A stretch of 64,000 bases of DNA, from NCBI GenBank assembly GCA_963744995.1, contig CAVUWA010000005.1:64001-128000 (forward strand). Reading direction: 5' to 3'. Below the pieces are notes generated by a model. That model saw only the letters and a list, made by a program, of their open reading frames with translations. It made no database searches and was not told the origin of the DNA. Both the position numbers and the translations under genes were made by a program. This DNA comes from Candidatus Eiseniibacteriota bacterium. Its GTDB lineage: Bacteria; Eisenbacteria; RBG-16-71-46. Within the stretch, counting starts at the first letter, position 1; each line of letters opens with the position of its first letter. Positions 46,634 through 55,238 of the stretch are shown here, piece by piece.

Positions 46634-47790
46634 CGGCCCTGTTGATGATCCTGCTGGTGGTCCTGTTCGTACTCGCCGACGTGGTCGTACGCGCGGTGTC
46701 CGGTCGCATGGACGTCGCGCGCCGCCGCCGCGAACGCGAAGCCGTCCTGAAGACCGCCGTCACCCAGACGTTCGCCGAAGAGGCCAAGAGTCTGATGCGC
46801 GCCGAGGTTCCCGAGGCGCGCGCGCGGATCCTCGCCGTGGACGACGAGAAGATCGTTCTCGACAGCTTCAGGAAGATCCTGGTGCTGGCGGGGTTCAGCG
46901 TGGATACCGTGGAAAACGGCCCCGAGGCGCTCACCCTGCTGCGGGCGCGCGACTACGACTTCCTGTTCACCGACCTCAAGATGCCGGAGATGGACGGCGT
47001 CGAGGTGGTCAAGGCCGCGCGTCACCTGAGACCCGACATGGACGTGGTGGTGATCACCGGCTACGGCACGATCGAAACCGCGGTCGAGACCATGCAGTTC
47101 GGCGCGGTCGACTACGTGCAGAAGCCGTTCACCGCCGAGGAGCTGATCGCGATCGCCAACCGCCTGCTGATCAAGCGCGAAGCGCGGCTCGCGGCGCAGC
47201 GGCTGCCGGTAGTGCGCGTGGTCGCGCCGGCCATCGCCGAGATCCTCAAGGAGGGCGAATACTGCGTGCCCGGTGGCGCATTCGTCTCGCCCGGCCATGC
47301 GTGGGCACGGATCGACCCGAGCGGCCAGGTGTGGACCGGGCTCGACGACTTCGCCCGCAAGGCGCTCGGGAAAGTGGAGCGCGTCGAGCTGCCCGCCGCG
47401 GGCACCCGCGTGCGTCGCGGCGACCCCCTGTTCACGGTCAGGCGCGGCGCCGAATCGCTGAAGGTGCTCGCGCCGGTGAGCGGCGAGATCACCCAGGTGA
47501 ACGAGGCGCTCCAGCGCCAGCCGCACCTCGTGGTGCTGAGCCCGTACGACCGCGGCTGGACCTGTCTCGTGCGGCCCGCCGAGCTCAACGACGAGCTCCA
47601 GGGCCTGCGCATCGGCCGTCCGGTGGTGGCGTGGTACCAGGACGAGATCCAGCGCCTGCGCAAGGAGACCGAAACCAGCGGCCAGACGGCACTCAAGTGG
47701 GTGGATCTCGAAACGCGGTTCTTCGGCCCCGGCGTCGCCGTCAACGAGCCGGTGACCGATACGGTGGTCGAGGCGGTCGGCGCCGGGTAG
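46630..47790 (+). CDS. Membrane-anchored receiver domain fused to a glycine cleavage H-like domain
   Basis: N-terminal TM; receiver AVDDE/TDLKMP/ITGY/KPF; GcvH-like GHAWAR..GLDDFA..LG...LP...APVSGEI..VN...SPYDRGW. Confidence 0.85.
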   Translation: MTALLMILLVVLFVLADVVVRAVSGRMDVARRRREREAVLKTAVTQTFAEEAKSLMRAEVPEARARILAVDDEKIVLDSFRKILVLAGFSVDTVENGPEALTLLRARDYDFLFTDLKMPEMDGVEVVKAARHLRPDMDVVVITGYGTIETAVETMQFGAVDYVQKPFTAEELIAIANRLLIKREARLAAQRLPVVRVVAPAIAEILKEGEYCVPGGAFVSPGHAWARIDPSGQVWTGLDDFARKALGKVERVELPAAGTRVRRGDPLFTVRRGAESLKVLAPVSGEITQVNEALQRQPHLVVLSPYDRGWTCLVRPAELNDELQGLRIGRPVVAWYQDEIQRLRKETETSGQTALKWVDLETRFFGPGVAVNEPVTDTVVEAVGAG

Positions 47791-47843
47791 CAATCGCCGT
47801 GTGCCGGACCGGCCGGCCCCTGCCCCGCGCGAACCCCCATCGT

Positions 47844-47882
47844 GCGGAGCGCCGCCGGTCGTGGTCGAGCGGTTCGTCTCCA
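47844..47882 (+). repeat. 39-bp imperfect direct repeat, copy 1
   Basis: GCGGAGCGCCGCCGGTCGTGGTCGAGCGGTTCGTCTCCA; 34/39 identical to 50670-50708. Confidence 0.8.
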
Positions 47883-47921
47883 CGAAGGATCGTGCGATCC
47901 CGGTGCCGGACCCACCGTGCC

Positions 47922-50504
47922 CTAGCGAATGACCACGATCTTCTGCGTCACGCTCACCCCGCATGCCTCGAGGCGGCAGAGATAGATCGCCGGCGCCCAT
48001 CCGGTCGTATCGAGCTCGATCCGGTGGATTCCCGCGGCCGTCCACGCGCGATCAAGCGGCACCGCGACGCGACGGCCCTGCAGATCGAAGATCGCGAGGC
48101 GTGCGGGCGACTCGCGGGGCAGCGTGAACTCGATAGCCCCCCTGCCGCGCACGGGCCGAGGCCCGATCCACGCGAGCGCAGGCGCTTCGCTCGTGCGAGC
48201 GGCCATCGGAACGGCGGCGCGCGGCGAGCCCGGCAGCAGCACGGCCACCCCGCTGTGCGGAAATCCATGCACGCTGTGGAATGCGCCTCCGACGAACAGC
48301 GTGTCACCGCTCGCGACCAGGTCGCTGACGAACCCGTCCAGCCGAGCGTCCACACCGGTCGGAGCGCCGCTGCCCGCGTCGAATCCAGCCAGGTACGCGC
48401 GGGACGTTCCGGCGATCGTGCCGAAGGTGCCGCCGACCCAGATGGTGCGGCCCATGGCGGCGATTGTTTCGATCGGACCGTTCGGATCCGGCGCCCACGG
48501 CAGCACCGCCCCAGTGGACGCATCCACTGCGGCGAGGTCGTTGCGGGGCTCCCCGCCCATGGAACCGAAGATGCCTCCCACGTACGTCGTTCCCTCGTGC
48601 CTCGCGAGCGCGAAGAGCTGGGGGTAGAGGTAGGGGTAGGCGTCCCCGGGCCGTGGACTCCACGGCAGTAACGTTCCGGTGAGGGGATCGACGGCGCCGA
48701 GGTGCGGACGGTGCCCGCCGCCGAGATCGTTGAACCCGCCGCCGAGATAGATGGCATCCTCCGTGGGCAGGATGACCGTGCAGCTGCCGTCCGGGTATGC
48801 GTTCCATGGGGTCGCCGCCGCCGTCACCGGATCCAGCTCTGCGACGTAGTTGCGATCCTGCCCGCCGAGCCCAAAGAAGTAACCGCCGACGAAGATCGAC
48901 CGGTCACGGATCGCCATGGCATACCCGCCGGCGGATACACCGATTGGGCCCAGCGGTCCGGGGTCCCACGCGAGCAGCGCGCCGGTGTCCGCATCCACGG
49001 CCGCGATATCGTGACGCGGAATCCCGTTCACGTGATTGAACAGGCCGGCCAGATAGACCGTGTCTCCGATCACACCGATTCCCGTCACGTCGCCGTCGAT
49101 CTCGGGGCTCCATGAGGCGGCGCGCCCGGTGGTGAGATCGATCGCCGCCGCACCGCGATGCGGCTGCCAGTCGCGCAGACTGGTGAAGCGACCCCCCACG
49201 TAGATGGAGGCGCCGTCCACCACGATCGCCTCGACGTCGTCGTCGGGTCTCGGGTTCCACTCCTCAAGCCTCCCGGTGGCCCCGTCCAGCGCCCCCAGGA
49301 AACCGCGCGGGGTCGCCGCCAGGGTTTCGAACGTGCCGCCGACGTAGAGCGTCCCGCCGTGCACGGCGAGCGCATTCACCGACGGCCGCAGACTGGCGTG
49401 GGAGATCCCGGCCTCGAATCCAGTCGGTTCGCCCGTCTTCGCATCGAGCGCCACCAGGCCGCGTCGCACGAGCCCACCTGACTCGTCGAAATAGCCCCCC
49501 AGGTACACGGTGTGGCCCTGCAGCGCGATCGCCGACACCCAGGGCCAGATCCAGCTTCCGTGCGCGATGTATCGGCGCTTGGGCCCGAGTGCCGGGTCCC
49601 ACGCCGTGACCGAAGCCGTGCGCAGATCGACGGCGGCGATCGAATTGCGGGGCACGCCACCGACGTGATCGAACTCGCCGCCCGCATAGAGCGTCGCCCC
49701 GCCGATGGCGAGGCACAGGACCCTTCCGTCGGCGCCCGGGTTCCACTCCGACGCCGCGCCCGTGTCGAGGTCGAGCGCCGCCAGATGTGCTCTGTCCGCG
49801 CTGCCGATGCGGGTGAATGCTCCCCCGGCGTAGAGCGACCGGCCGCGCGCCGCCAGCGCGCGCACTTCGCCGTTCGCCTCGGGCCTCCACGCGATCAGCG
49901 CGCCGGTTTCGCCATCGAGCGCGGCGATGTCGCTCCGCGTCTCGCCGGCGACCGTCGTGAACAGGCCACCGATGTAAATCGTCTGGCCGATGCGCACCAT
50001 CGCATCCACACCGGGCGTCCGGTACACGACATCCGGGACGTTGATCCGCACCGTGGCGCCCGCCACGCCGGGATTCCATGGCGCCACGGTGCCGTCGGCG
50101 AGAATATGCGCGAGGTTCGCGCGCGGCTGGCCTTCCACGGCCGTGAAGCGGCCACCGATGTACCAGCCTCCGGCCCCGTCCGGAACCACGGCATCCAGCT
50201 CGCCACAGACGCGCGCGAACGGCGCCTGCAGCGCTCCCGTGCGAGGGTCGACGGCTACGCCGCCGCCCGTGTTGGGCCCGACGTCGCTCATGCTGCCGGC
50301 GAGGTAGAGGGTGTTCCCGGACCGCGCCATCGCGTAGACGACGCCGTGCACACCCCAGAGAGGGACGTCGCCGGTCTGAGCCATCGCGGGGATCCCGTTG
50401 CCGGCCAGCACGCAGACCAGCGTCACCAGCGTCGCGCGATGCCACAGGGTCGGGAGACCGGAGGAAACCCGGAGGACAGGCCGTCGAAGCGAAAGGCGAG
50501 GCAT
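47922..50504 (-). CDS. Secreted beta-propeller repeat protein with T9SS-like C-terminal domain
   Basis: About 14 repeats of VxAxxxxGxTxYxGGxFxxxGGxxRxxxAAxDxxTGxxxxWxP; C-terminus IFDLQGRRV...IYLCRL...KIVVIR. Confidence 0.82.
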   Translation of the reverse strand: MPRLSLRRPVLRVSSGLPTLWHRATLVTLVCVLAGNGIPAMAQTGDVPLWGVHGVVYAMARSGNTLYLAGSMSDVGPNTGGGVAVDPRTGALQAPFARVCGELDAVVPDGAGGWYIGGRFTAVEGQPRANLAHILADGTVAPWNPGVAGATVRINVPDVVYRTPGVDAMVRIGQTIYIGGLFTTVAGETRSDIAALDGETGALIAWRPEANGEVRALAARGRSLYAGGAFTRIGSADRAHLAALDLDTGAASEWNPGADGRVLCLAIGGATLYAGGEFDHVGGVPRNSIAAVDLRTASVTAWDPALGPKRRYIAHGSWIWPWVSAIALQGHTVYLGGYFDESGGLVRRGLVALDAKTGEPTGFEAGISHASLRPSVNALAVHGGTLYVGGTFETLAATPRGFLGALDGATGRLEEWNPRPDDDVEAIVVDGASIYVGGRFTSLRDWQPHRGAAAIDLTTGRAASWSPEIDGDVTGIGVIGDTVYLAGLFNHVNGIPRHDIAAVDADTGALLAWDPGPLGPIGVSAGGYAMAIRDRSIFVGGYFFGLGGQDRNYVAELDPVTAAATPWNAYPDGSCTVILPTEDAIYLGGGFNDLGGGHRPHLGAVDPLTGTLLPWSPRPGDAYPYLYPQLFALARHEGTTYVGGIFGSMGGEPRNDLAAVDASTGAVLPWAPDPNGPIETIAAMGRTIWVGGTFGTIAGTSRAYLAGFDAGSGAPTGVDARLDGFVSDLVASGDTLFVGGAFHSVHGFPHSGVAVLLPGSPRAAVPMAARTSEAPALAWIGPRPVRGRGAIEFTLPRESPARLAIFDLQGRRVAVPLDRAWTAAGIHRIELDTTGWAPAIYLCRLEACGVSVTQKIVVIR

Positions 50505-50669
50505 CGTGCGGGCCCTGCGGTGTGGAAGGAGACGCCCGGGCAGCACCGGCAGCCGTGCTACATGCCCTGCCCGGTCCGCCCGTGCAGAAATCCTGAACCT
50601 GGGCCCGCCATCCTGCAAGCGTCCCGTGCGCCGCGTCCATGCCGGCGGACTCCAGCGGCATGGGCCCTC

Positions 50670-50708
50670 GCGGGGCGCCGTCGGTCATGGTCGAGTGGTT
50701 CGTCCCCA
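50670..50708 (+). repeat. 39-bp imperfect direct repeat, copy 2
   Basis: GCGGGGCGCCGTCGGTCATGGTCGAGTGGTTCGTCCCCA. Confidence 0.8.
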
Positions 50709-50864
50709 GAGTCGAGCGTTCACGGCGAACACAGCATTGCCCGTTCGCGCTTCGGTCGCCGCCGCAATGAACCCCTGGGGATGCGGCTACCTCGGTGACC
50801 CCGGGCCCGGCTGCATGTGCACCCGGGCGAATCCCGCACGGAGCCCGAAGCGGCGCATCGGTTG
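50671..50864 (+). pseudogene. comM: Degenerate fragment of comM/yifB (Mg-chelatase-like AAA+ ATPase)
   Basis: Reads LPVRASVAAAMNPWGCGYLGDPGPGCMCT, compared with the family signature FPARFxLVAAMNPCPCGYLGDPxxxCxCT; no Walker motifs or other parts of the gene visible. Confidence 0.6.
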
Positions 50865-50943
50865 GAGTCGGCGCGGTAACAGACGTATCGTCGGCTTCTC
50901 GCCGTTCTGACGCGAAAGATCCGGCACGACTGGAGGCCATCAG

Positions 50944-51276
50944 GTGATCTGTCCACGCTGCGGTACCAGCAATCCCGAAGACGCCGTGCGGTGTTCCGAA
51001 TGCAACGCCGGGCTGACGGAGGGACCGTCACAGCCCGCCGACGACGGCGCCAAATGGGTCGAAGAGGCCGTCATCCTCGAGACGACCGATGAAACACGGC
51101 TGATGGCGGCGCGCTCCCTGCTCGAAGCCGAGGGCATTCCCTGCTACGCGCGCGGCGAAGAAGGTCAGACGCTCATCGGCGCGGGGCCGGTGCGGCTCTG
51201 CGTCCCAGTTTCCAGAGAGGCGGCGGCGCGCGCGCTCCTGGCCGGGTCGTCATCCGGTCGACCTGAACCGAGATGA
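50944..51276 (+). CDS. Zinc-ribbon plus DUF2007-like (putative signal-transducing) protein
   Basis: CPRCG...CSECNA; ARSLLEAEGIPC...VRLCV...AARALL. Confidence 0.75.
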   Translation: MICPRCGTSNPEDAVRCSECNAGLTEGPSQPADDGAKWVEEAVILETTDETRLMAARSLLEAEGIPCYARGEEGQTLIGAGPVRLCVPVSREAAARALLAGSSSGRPEPR

Positions 51277-51299
51277 CCGGTATATCCGCGGCGCGGCGA

Positions 51300-51854
51300 C
51301 TACGCGGCCGCGCCCGGGTTTGCCGTGTCAGGAACGTCGACGGGCCGTGCCGTGCTCTCCGCCAGCCGCGTCTCACGCACGCGCAGTTTATTGACCAGCA
51401 GCAGTCCGAACCCGGTGGTGGCGACGATGAAGCCGCTGCTGGAGTTCAGATGATCCGAGAGCCGAACCGTGCCTTCGTGCGAATCCCACCGCACCACCGC
51501 ATGGACGTGGCTCTCGTCGATCAAACGAAGATCGACCCGCTGTTCGGTGGTGATCCGGTATTCCGGCGGGTAGATGAGCCTGCGCTCGACGCCGCGGCCG
51601 ACGATGACCCAGTCGATGTTCGGTCGCGTGAGCAGGAGGACGGTCGAATCCTCGGCCTGGATGAACGGAACCACCACGCGCGAAGAATCGAGCAGCTCGA
51701 TCAGCGTCTCCGGCCTCCTGGCGCTGCCCATCCGCGGGAACAGCAGGAACCATCCGTCGCGCGGGCCGAGGCTCGGCTGCGACACACGGGCCGGCACACG
51801 GATCTTCTCGACGTAGACGGTTTCTCTGGAAGCGGGGTCGCCCTCGGTCATCAT
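51300..51854 (-). CDS. Hypothetical protein with two apparently related halves
   Basis: ETLIELLDSSRVVVPF resembles VRLSDHLNSSSGFI; fills the gap between neighbouring genes. Confidence 0.6.
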   Translation of the reverse strand: MMTEGDPASRETVYVEKIRVPARVSQPSLGPRDGWFLLFPRMGSARRPETLIELLDSSRVVVPFIQAEDSTVLLLTRPNIDWVIVGRGVERRLIYPPEYRITTEQRVDLRLIDESHVHAVVRWDSHEGTVRLSDHLNSSSGFIVATTGFGLLLVNKLRVRETRLAESTARPVDVPDTANPGAAA

Positions 51855-52087
51855 GGATCGCCGGTCTCGAGCATGGGCCGTGCCTGCGGCCCGTCAGGCT
51901 TCGCGCGGGCATGCCGCTCGCGCGGTTTGGCGTGGCCGAGGTTCCACGCCTCCACCGGAGGGAGTTCTCCGGGCGATACAGGGATGATCGGCCGGAAGAC
52001 GACACACTTGAGCGGAATTGATGAGAAATAGAGATCTCGGACCCGCGAAGGGCTCTGTCCTCTCGGCGTGCCGGGGATCGAATCCGC

Positions 52088-54028
52088 TCAGCGCCGCGCC
52101 GGCAGGCTCAGCCGATAGAGCGCGACGGTGATCGCCGCGAGCAGCACGACCCCGACCCACGGCGAGCCGTGCACGCCGAAGATCGCCAGCACGTCGCCAC
52201 GGCCCGAGATCACGATCGGCACGGCGAGACCGATGCCGACCAGCGCCTCGCCGGTGATGAGGCCCGATGACATCAGCAGCCCGCGCTGCGCAGCGTCGCG
52301 GCGCTCGCCCTCGTCGCGGCGCTTCAGCGCCCGCTGCACCAGCCAGGCGACGAGACCACCGACGAAGATCGGCGTCGAGAGCTCGAACGGCAGGTAGATG
52401 CCGACCGCGACGGCGAGCACCGGAGCGCGGAAGCTCGAGCCACGCTTCTCGAGCGCGAGGTCCAGGGCGATGATCGCCGCCGCGAGCGCCATGCCGATCG
52501 CGATCATGGTCCACGGCAGACCGCCCGAGAACACGCCCTTCGCCACGGCCGCCATCAGCGTCGCCTGCGGCGCGGTGAGCGCGTGCGGGTGCTCCGCGGT
52601 CACCGCGCCGATGCCGTAGGCGTCGAGCAGCAGATTCAGCACCGGCGCCATCACCAGCGCCGAGACCAGGGTGCCGACGATCAGCACCAGCTGCTGCTTC
52701 CACGGCGTGGCGCCCACCAGGTAGCCGGTCTTCAGGTCGTGCAGGTTGTCTCCCGCGATTGCGGCCGCGCACGCGACCACGGCGCCGATCAGGATCGCCG
52801 CCGCGGCACCCCTGCCATCCAGCGGGCCGAACAGCGCGAGCACCAGCAGCGAGGCAAACAAGATCGTGGCGATCGTGACGCCGGAGATCGGGTTGTTGGA
52901 TGATCCCACGAGCCCCGTCATGTAGCCCGACACCGCGGAGAACAGGAATCCCGCGACGACCATGATCACGGCCATGCCGAGCCCGACGCCGAGCGCGCCG
53001 ATCAGGAAGTGGTAGAGCAGAAACAGGGGCACGATCGAAGCCACGATCGCCACCAGCACCCACTGCATCGGCAGATCCGCGTCGGTGCGCTCGACGACCG
53101 CGCCGCCCTTGGCGCGCCGGTAGGCGGCGAGCCCCGAGCGGAAGCCCGACAGCACGCTGCCGCGCATCCGCACCAGCGCCCACAGGCCGCCCACCACCAT
53201 GGCGCCGACGCCCAGGTAGCGCGTCTGCGTCGACCACAGCTCGCCGGCGCGCTCGACCGCCGTGACGCCGGCGGGCGCGCCGCCCGCGAGCGCGTTCACG
53301 ATCGGGATCGCGACGATCCAGTTGAGCACGCCGCCTGCGAACACCAGCACGGCGATGTTGAGGCCTACGATGTAGCCCACGGCGAGCAGCGCCGGGGACA
53401 GATTGGAACCAAAGTAGGCGATGCCGCGACGTCCGCCCACGTAGCCCGCGCCCTCCACCGTTTCGGCCCAGAGCCGCATGCCGGTTTCGGCGAGCTTGTA
53501 GAGGGCCGCTGCGATCGCCGCCCATGCCACGTACTTGACCCCCGAACCGCCCTTCTCCCCCGTCTCCAGCACCTCGGCGCAGGCGACGCCCTCGGGGAAC
53601 TGCAGCGCCTGCTCGACGATCAGCGCGCGGCGGAGCGGCACGGTGAACAGCACACCCAGCACACCGCCCAACCCGGCGATGATCGAGGTCTGCAGGAAGT
53701 CGAAACGCTGCCAGGCGCCGAGAATCACCAGCGCCGGCATCGTGAAGATCACACCGGCCGCAAGCGACTCGCCGGCGCTGGCGCAGGTCTGCACGTTGTT
53801 GTTCTCGAGGATGTTCGAGCGCCGGAACAGCTTGAGAACGCCCATCGAGATCACCGCCGCCGGAATCGAGGCCGACACGGTCATGCCCGCAAACAGGCCG
53901 AGATAGGCGTTGGCGCCGGCCAGCACGGCGGCGAGCACGATGCCAAGCACGAGACCCTTGACGGTGATCTCCGGCAGGCTCACGGAGGCGGGCACGAACG
54001 GCGACCAGGCGCCGGGCTTCTCGGACAT
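52088..54028 (-). CDS. OPT family oligopeptide transporter
   Basis: ANAYLGLFAGMTVSASIPAAV, ENNNVQT.ASAGE, FPEGVACAEVL, GSSNNPISG, DLKTGYLVGATPWKQQ, APQATLM. Confidence 0.95.
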   Translation of the reverse strand: MSEKPGAWSPFVPASVSLPEITVKGLVLGIVLAAVLAGANAYLGLFAGMTVSASIPAAVISMGVLKLFRRSNILENNNVQTCASAGESLAAGVIFTMPALVILGAWQRFDFLQTSIIAGLGGVLGVLFTVPLRRALIVEQALQFPEGVACAEVLETGEKGGSGVKYVAWAAIAAALYKLAETGMRLWAETVEGAGYVGGRRGIAYFGSNLSPALLAVGYIVGLNIAVLVFAGGVLNWIVAIPIVNALAGGAPAGVTAVERAGELWSTQTRYLGVGAMVVGGLWALVRMRGSVLSGFRSGLAAYRRAKGGAVVERTDADLPMQWVLVAIVASIVPLFLLYHFLIGALGVGLGMAVIMVVAGFLFSAVSGYMTGLVGSSNNPISGVTIATILFASLLVLALFGPLDGRGAAAAILIGAVVACAAAIAGDNLHDLKTGYLVGATPWKQQLVLIVGTLVSALVMAPVLNLLLDAYGIGAVTAEHPHALTAPQATLMAAVAKGVFSGGLPWTMIAIGMALAAAIIALDLALEKRGSSFRAPVLAVAVGIYLPFELSTPIFVGGLVAWLVQRALKRRDEGERRDAAQRGLLMSSGLITGEALVGIGLAVPIVISGRGDVLAIFGVHGSPWVGVVLLAAITVALYRLSLPARR

Positions 54029-54075
54029 GGTCCGGGACCCTACAACGGATCGGGGCGACCCGGCGAGAAAACCGC

Positions 54076-54104
54076 GAGGGGCGGGCCACCGGGGCCCGCC
54101 CCTC
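54076..54104 (-). terminator. Rho-independent terminator of the 54127-55029 gene
   Basis: 12-bp perfect stem GAGGGGCGGGCC/GGCCCGCCCCTC followed on the minus strand by GCGGTTTTCT. Confidence 0.6.
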
Positions 54105-54126
54105 TCACCTTCGATTCGGCTTCGGA

Positions 54127-55029
54127 CTAGCGGTACATCGCCTTCACGCGGCCCCAGCTCGAGTGCTCGACCGGCGTCGCGCCGTCGCACACGGTGAAGA
54201 ACTGGTCGCCCGCGTACTGGCGGAAGTCCACGGCGCGCGGCTCGCCGAGGTTGCAAGTGCCGGCCGGCAGCGAGCCGAGGACCTGGTTCGACACGTAGTC
54301 GTGGCTCGAGCCGTTCACGAACGCACAGACCTTGAAGCAGCCTGTGGCGTTGCCGAGCGCCGAGAGCGGGATGCTGAGCTCGATACCCGTCGCGACGCCC
54401 GCGCCAGAGCTGGCGCCGCAGCCGCCGTCCACGCCCGCGACGTTGCTGTTGTCGAGCGTGAGCTGGATGCCGTGGTCGGTGCCGCCCGACAGCGTGCCGT
54501 TCTGCGGTACGGCCTGCCCGAGGTAGTCGCCCAATCCGCCGCCGCCGGTGAGCACTTCGGCGTAGTTGGCGAAGATGTCGTCGGTGCCGCCGCCGCCGTC
54601 ACCGTTGGTCAGCGTGATGTAGTAGTCGGCCTCGAAGCCGGTGTCGAAGATCAGGCCGTTGCCGCTGCCGTCGTCGCCCATCCGGTTCAGGCCGTCGAAG
54701 TCCACGTTCGGGTTGTCGCCGCGCAGCTTGTTCTGGCCGCCGGCAATGCAGTCGATGAAGATGTCGAGCTTGTTGAAGTTCGACTCCAGGTTGCCGCCCA
54801 GGAACAGGCGCAGGTTGCCGCCGGAAATGATGCCGTAGGCGACGTCCAGCTCGGAGCCGTTGGTAAAGCCCGGCACGCCGTCGGTGGCGTCGCCGAAGTT
54901 GGTCTGCGTGGTCTGGGTGTGGAGCACGGTGCCGTAGGCGACTTCCAGACTGCCGTCGGTCTGGGCCAGCGCCGGCGCCGCGACGAGGGCCAGCAGCCCG
55001 CTCGCAAGAAGCGTGGTGGCAAGACGCAT
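54127..55029 (-). CDS. Secreted DOMON-like domain protein ending in the WGRxKxxYR motif
   Basis: GAGG RBS; signal peptide ALA-Q; SELD..Y, LRLFLGGNLE, DIFID, FEADY, IELSIPLSALG; C-terminus TPVEHSSWGRVKAMYR. Confidence 0.75.
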   Translation of the reverse strand: MRLATTLLASGLLALVAAPALAQTDGSLEVAYGTVLHTQTTQTNFGDATDGVPGFTNGSELDVAYGIISGGNLRLFLGGNLESNFNKLDIFIDCIAGGQNKLRGDNPNVDFDGLNRMGDDGSGNGLIFDTGFEADYYITLTNGDGGGGTDDIFANYAEVLTGGGGLGDYLGQAVPQNGTLSGGTDHGIQLTLDNSNVAGVDGGCGASSGAGVATGIELSIPLSALGNATGCFKVCAFVNGSSHDYVSNQVLGSLPAGTCNLGEPRAVDFRQYAGDQFFTVCDGATPVEHSSWGRVKAMYR

Positions 55030-55199
55030 GATGGGGAACCTCTCGAGGATGCGGTGAACGGGTGATCGGGGAGCGCGGGAAGTGCGGCCTCCCGCCTCAT
55101 CCGAACCTCAATGGATGCCGGAATAGTTTACACCGGTTTCCCCCGCTCCGGCAGGAGCGAACCGCGCCCCCGGAGGTCGCCGGAACTGCTGTTCGAGGA

Positions 55200-55232
55200 G
55201 CGGGCGCGGCCCCTTTGCAGGGCCGCACCCGC
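55200..55232. terminator. Terminator-like hairpin after the 55239-57755 gene
   Basis: GCGGGCGCGGCCC...GGGCCGCACCCGC stem; TTTT on the + side. Confidence 0.55.
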
Positions 55233-55238
55233 TTTTCT

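Noticed and set aside
47257..47660. A functional glycine cleavage system
   Set aside because: No gcvP or gcvT in the window, and the H-like domain lacks the lipoyl Lys.
47844..50930. An intact mobile element
   Set aside because: No integrase, transposase or terminal inverted repeats found; at most a decayed scar.
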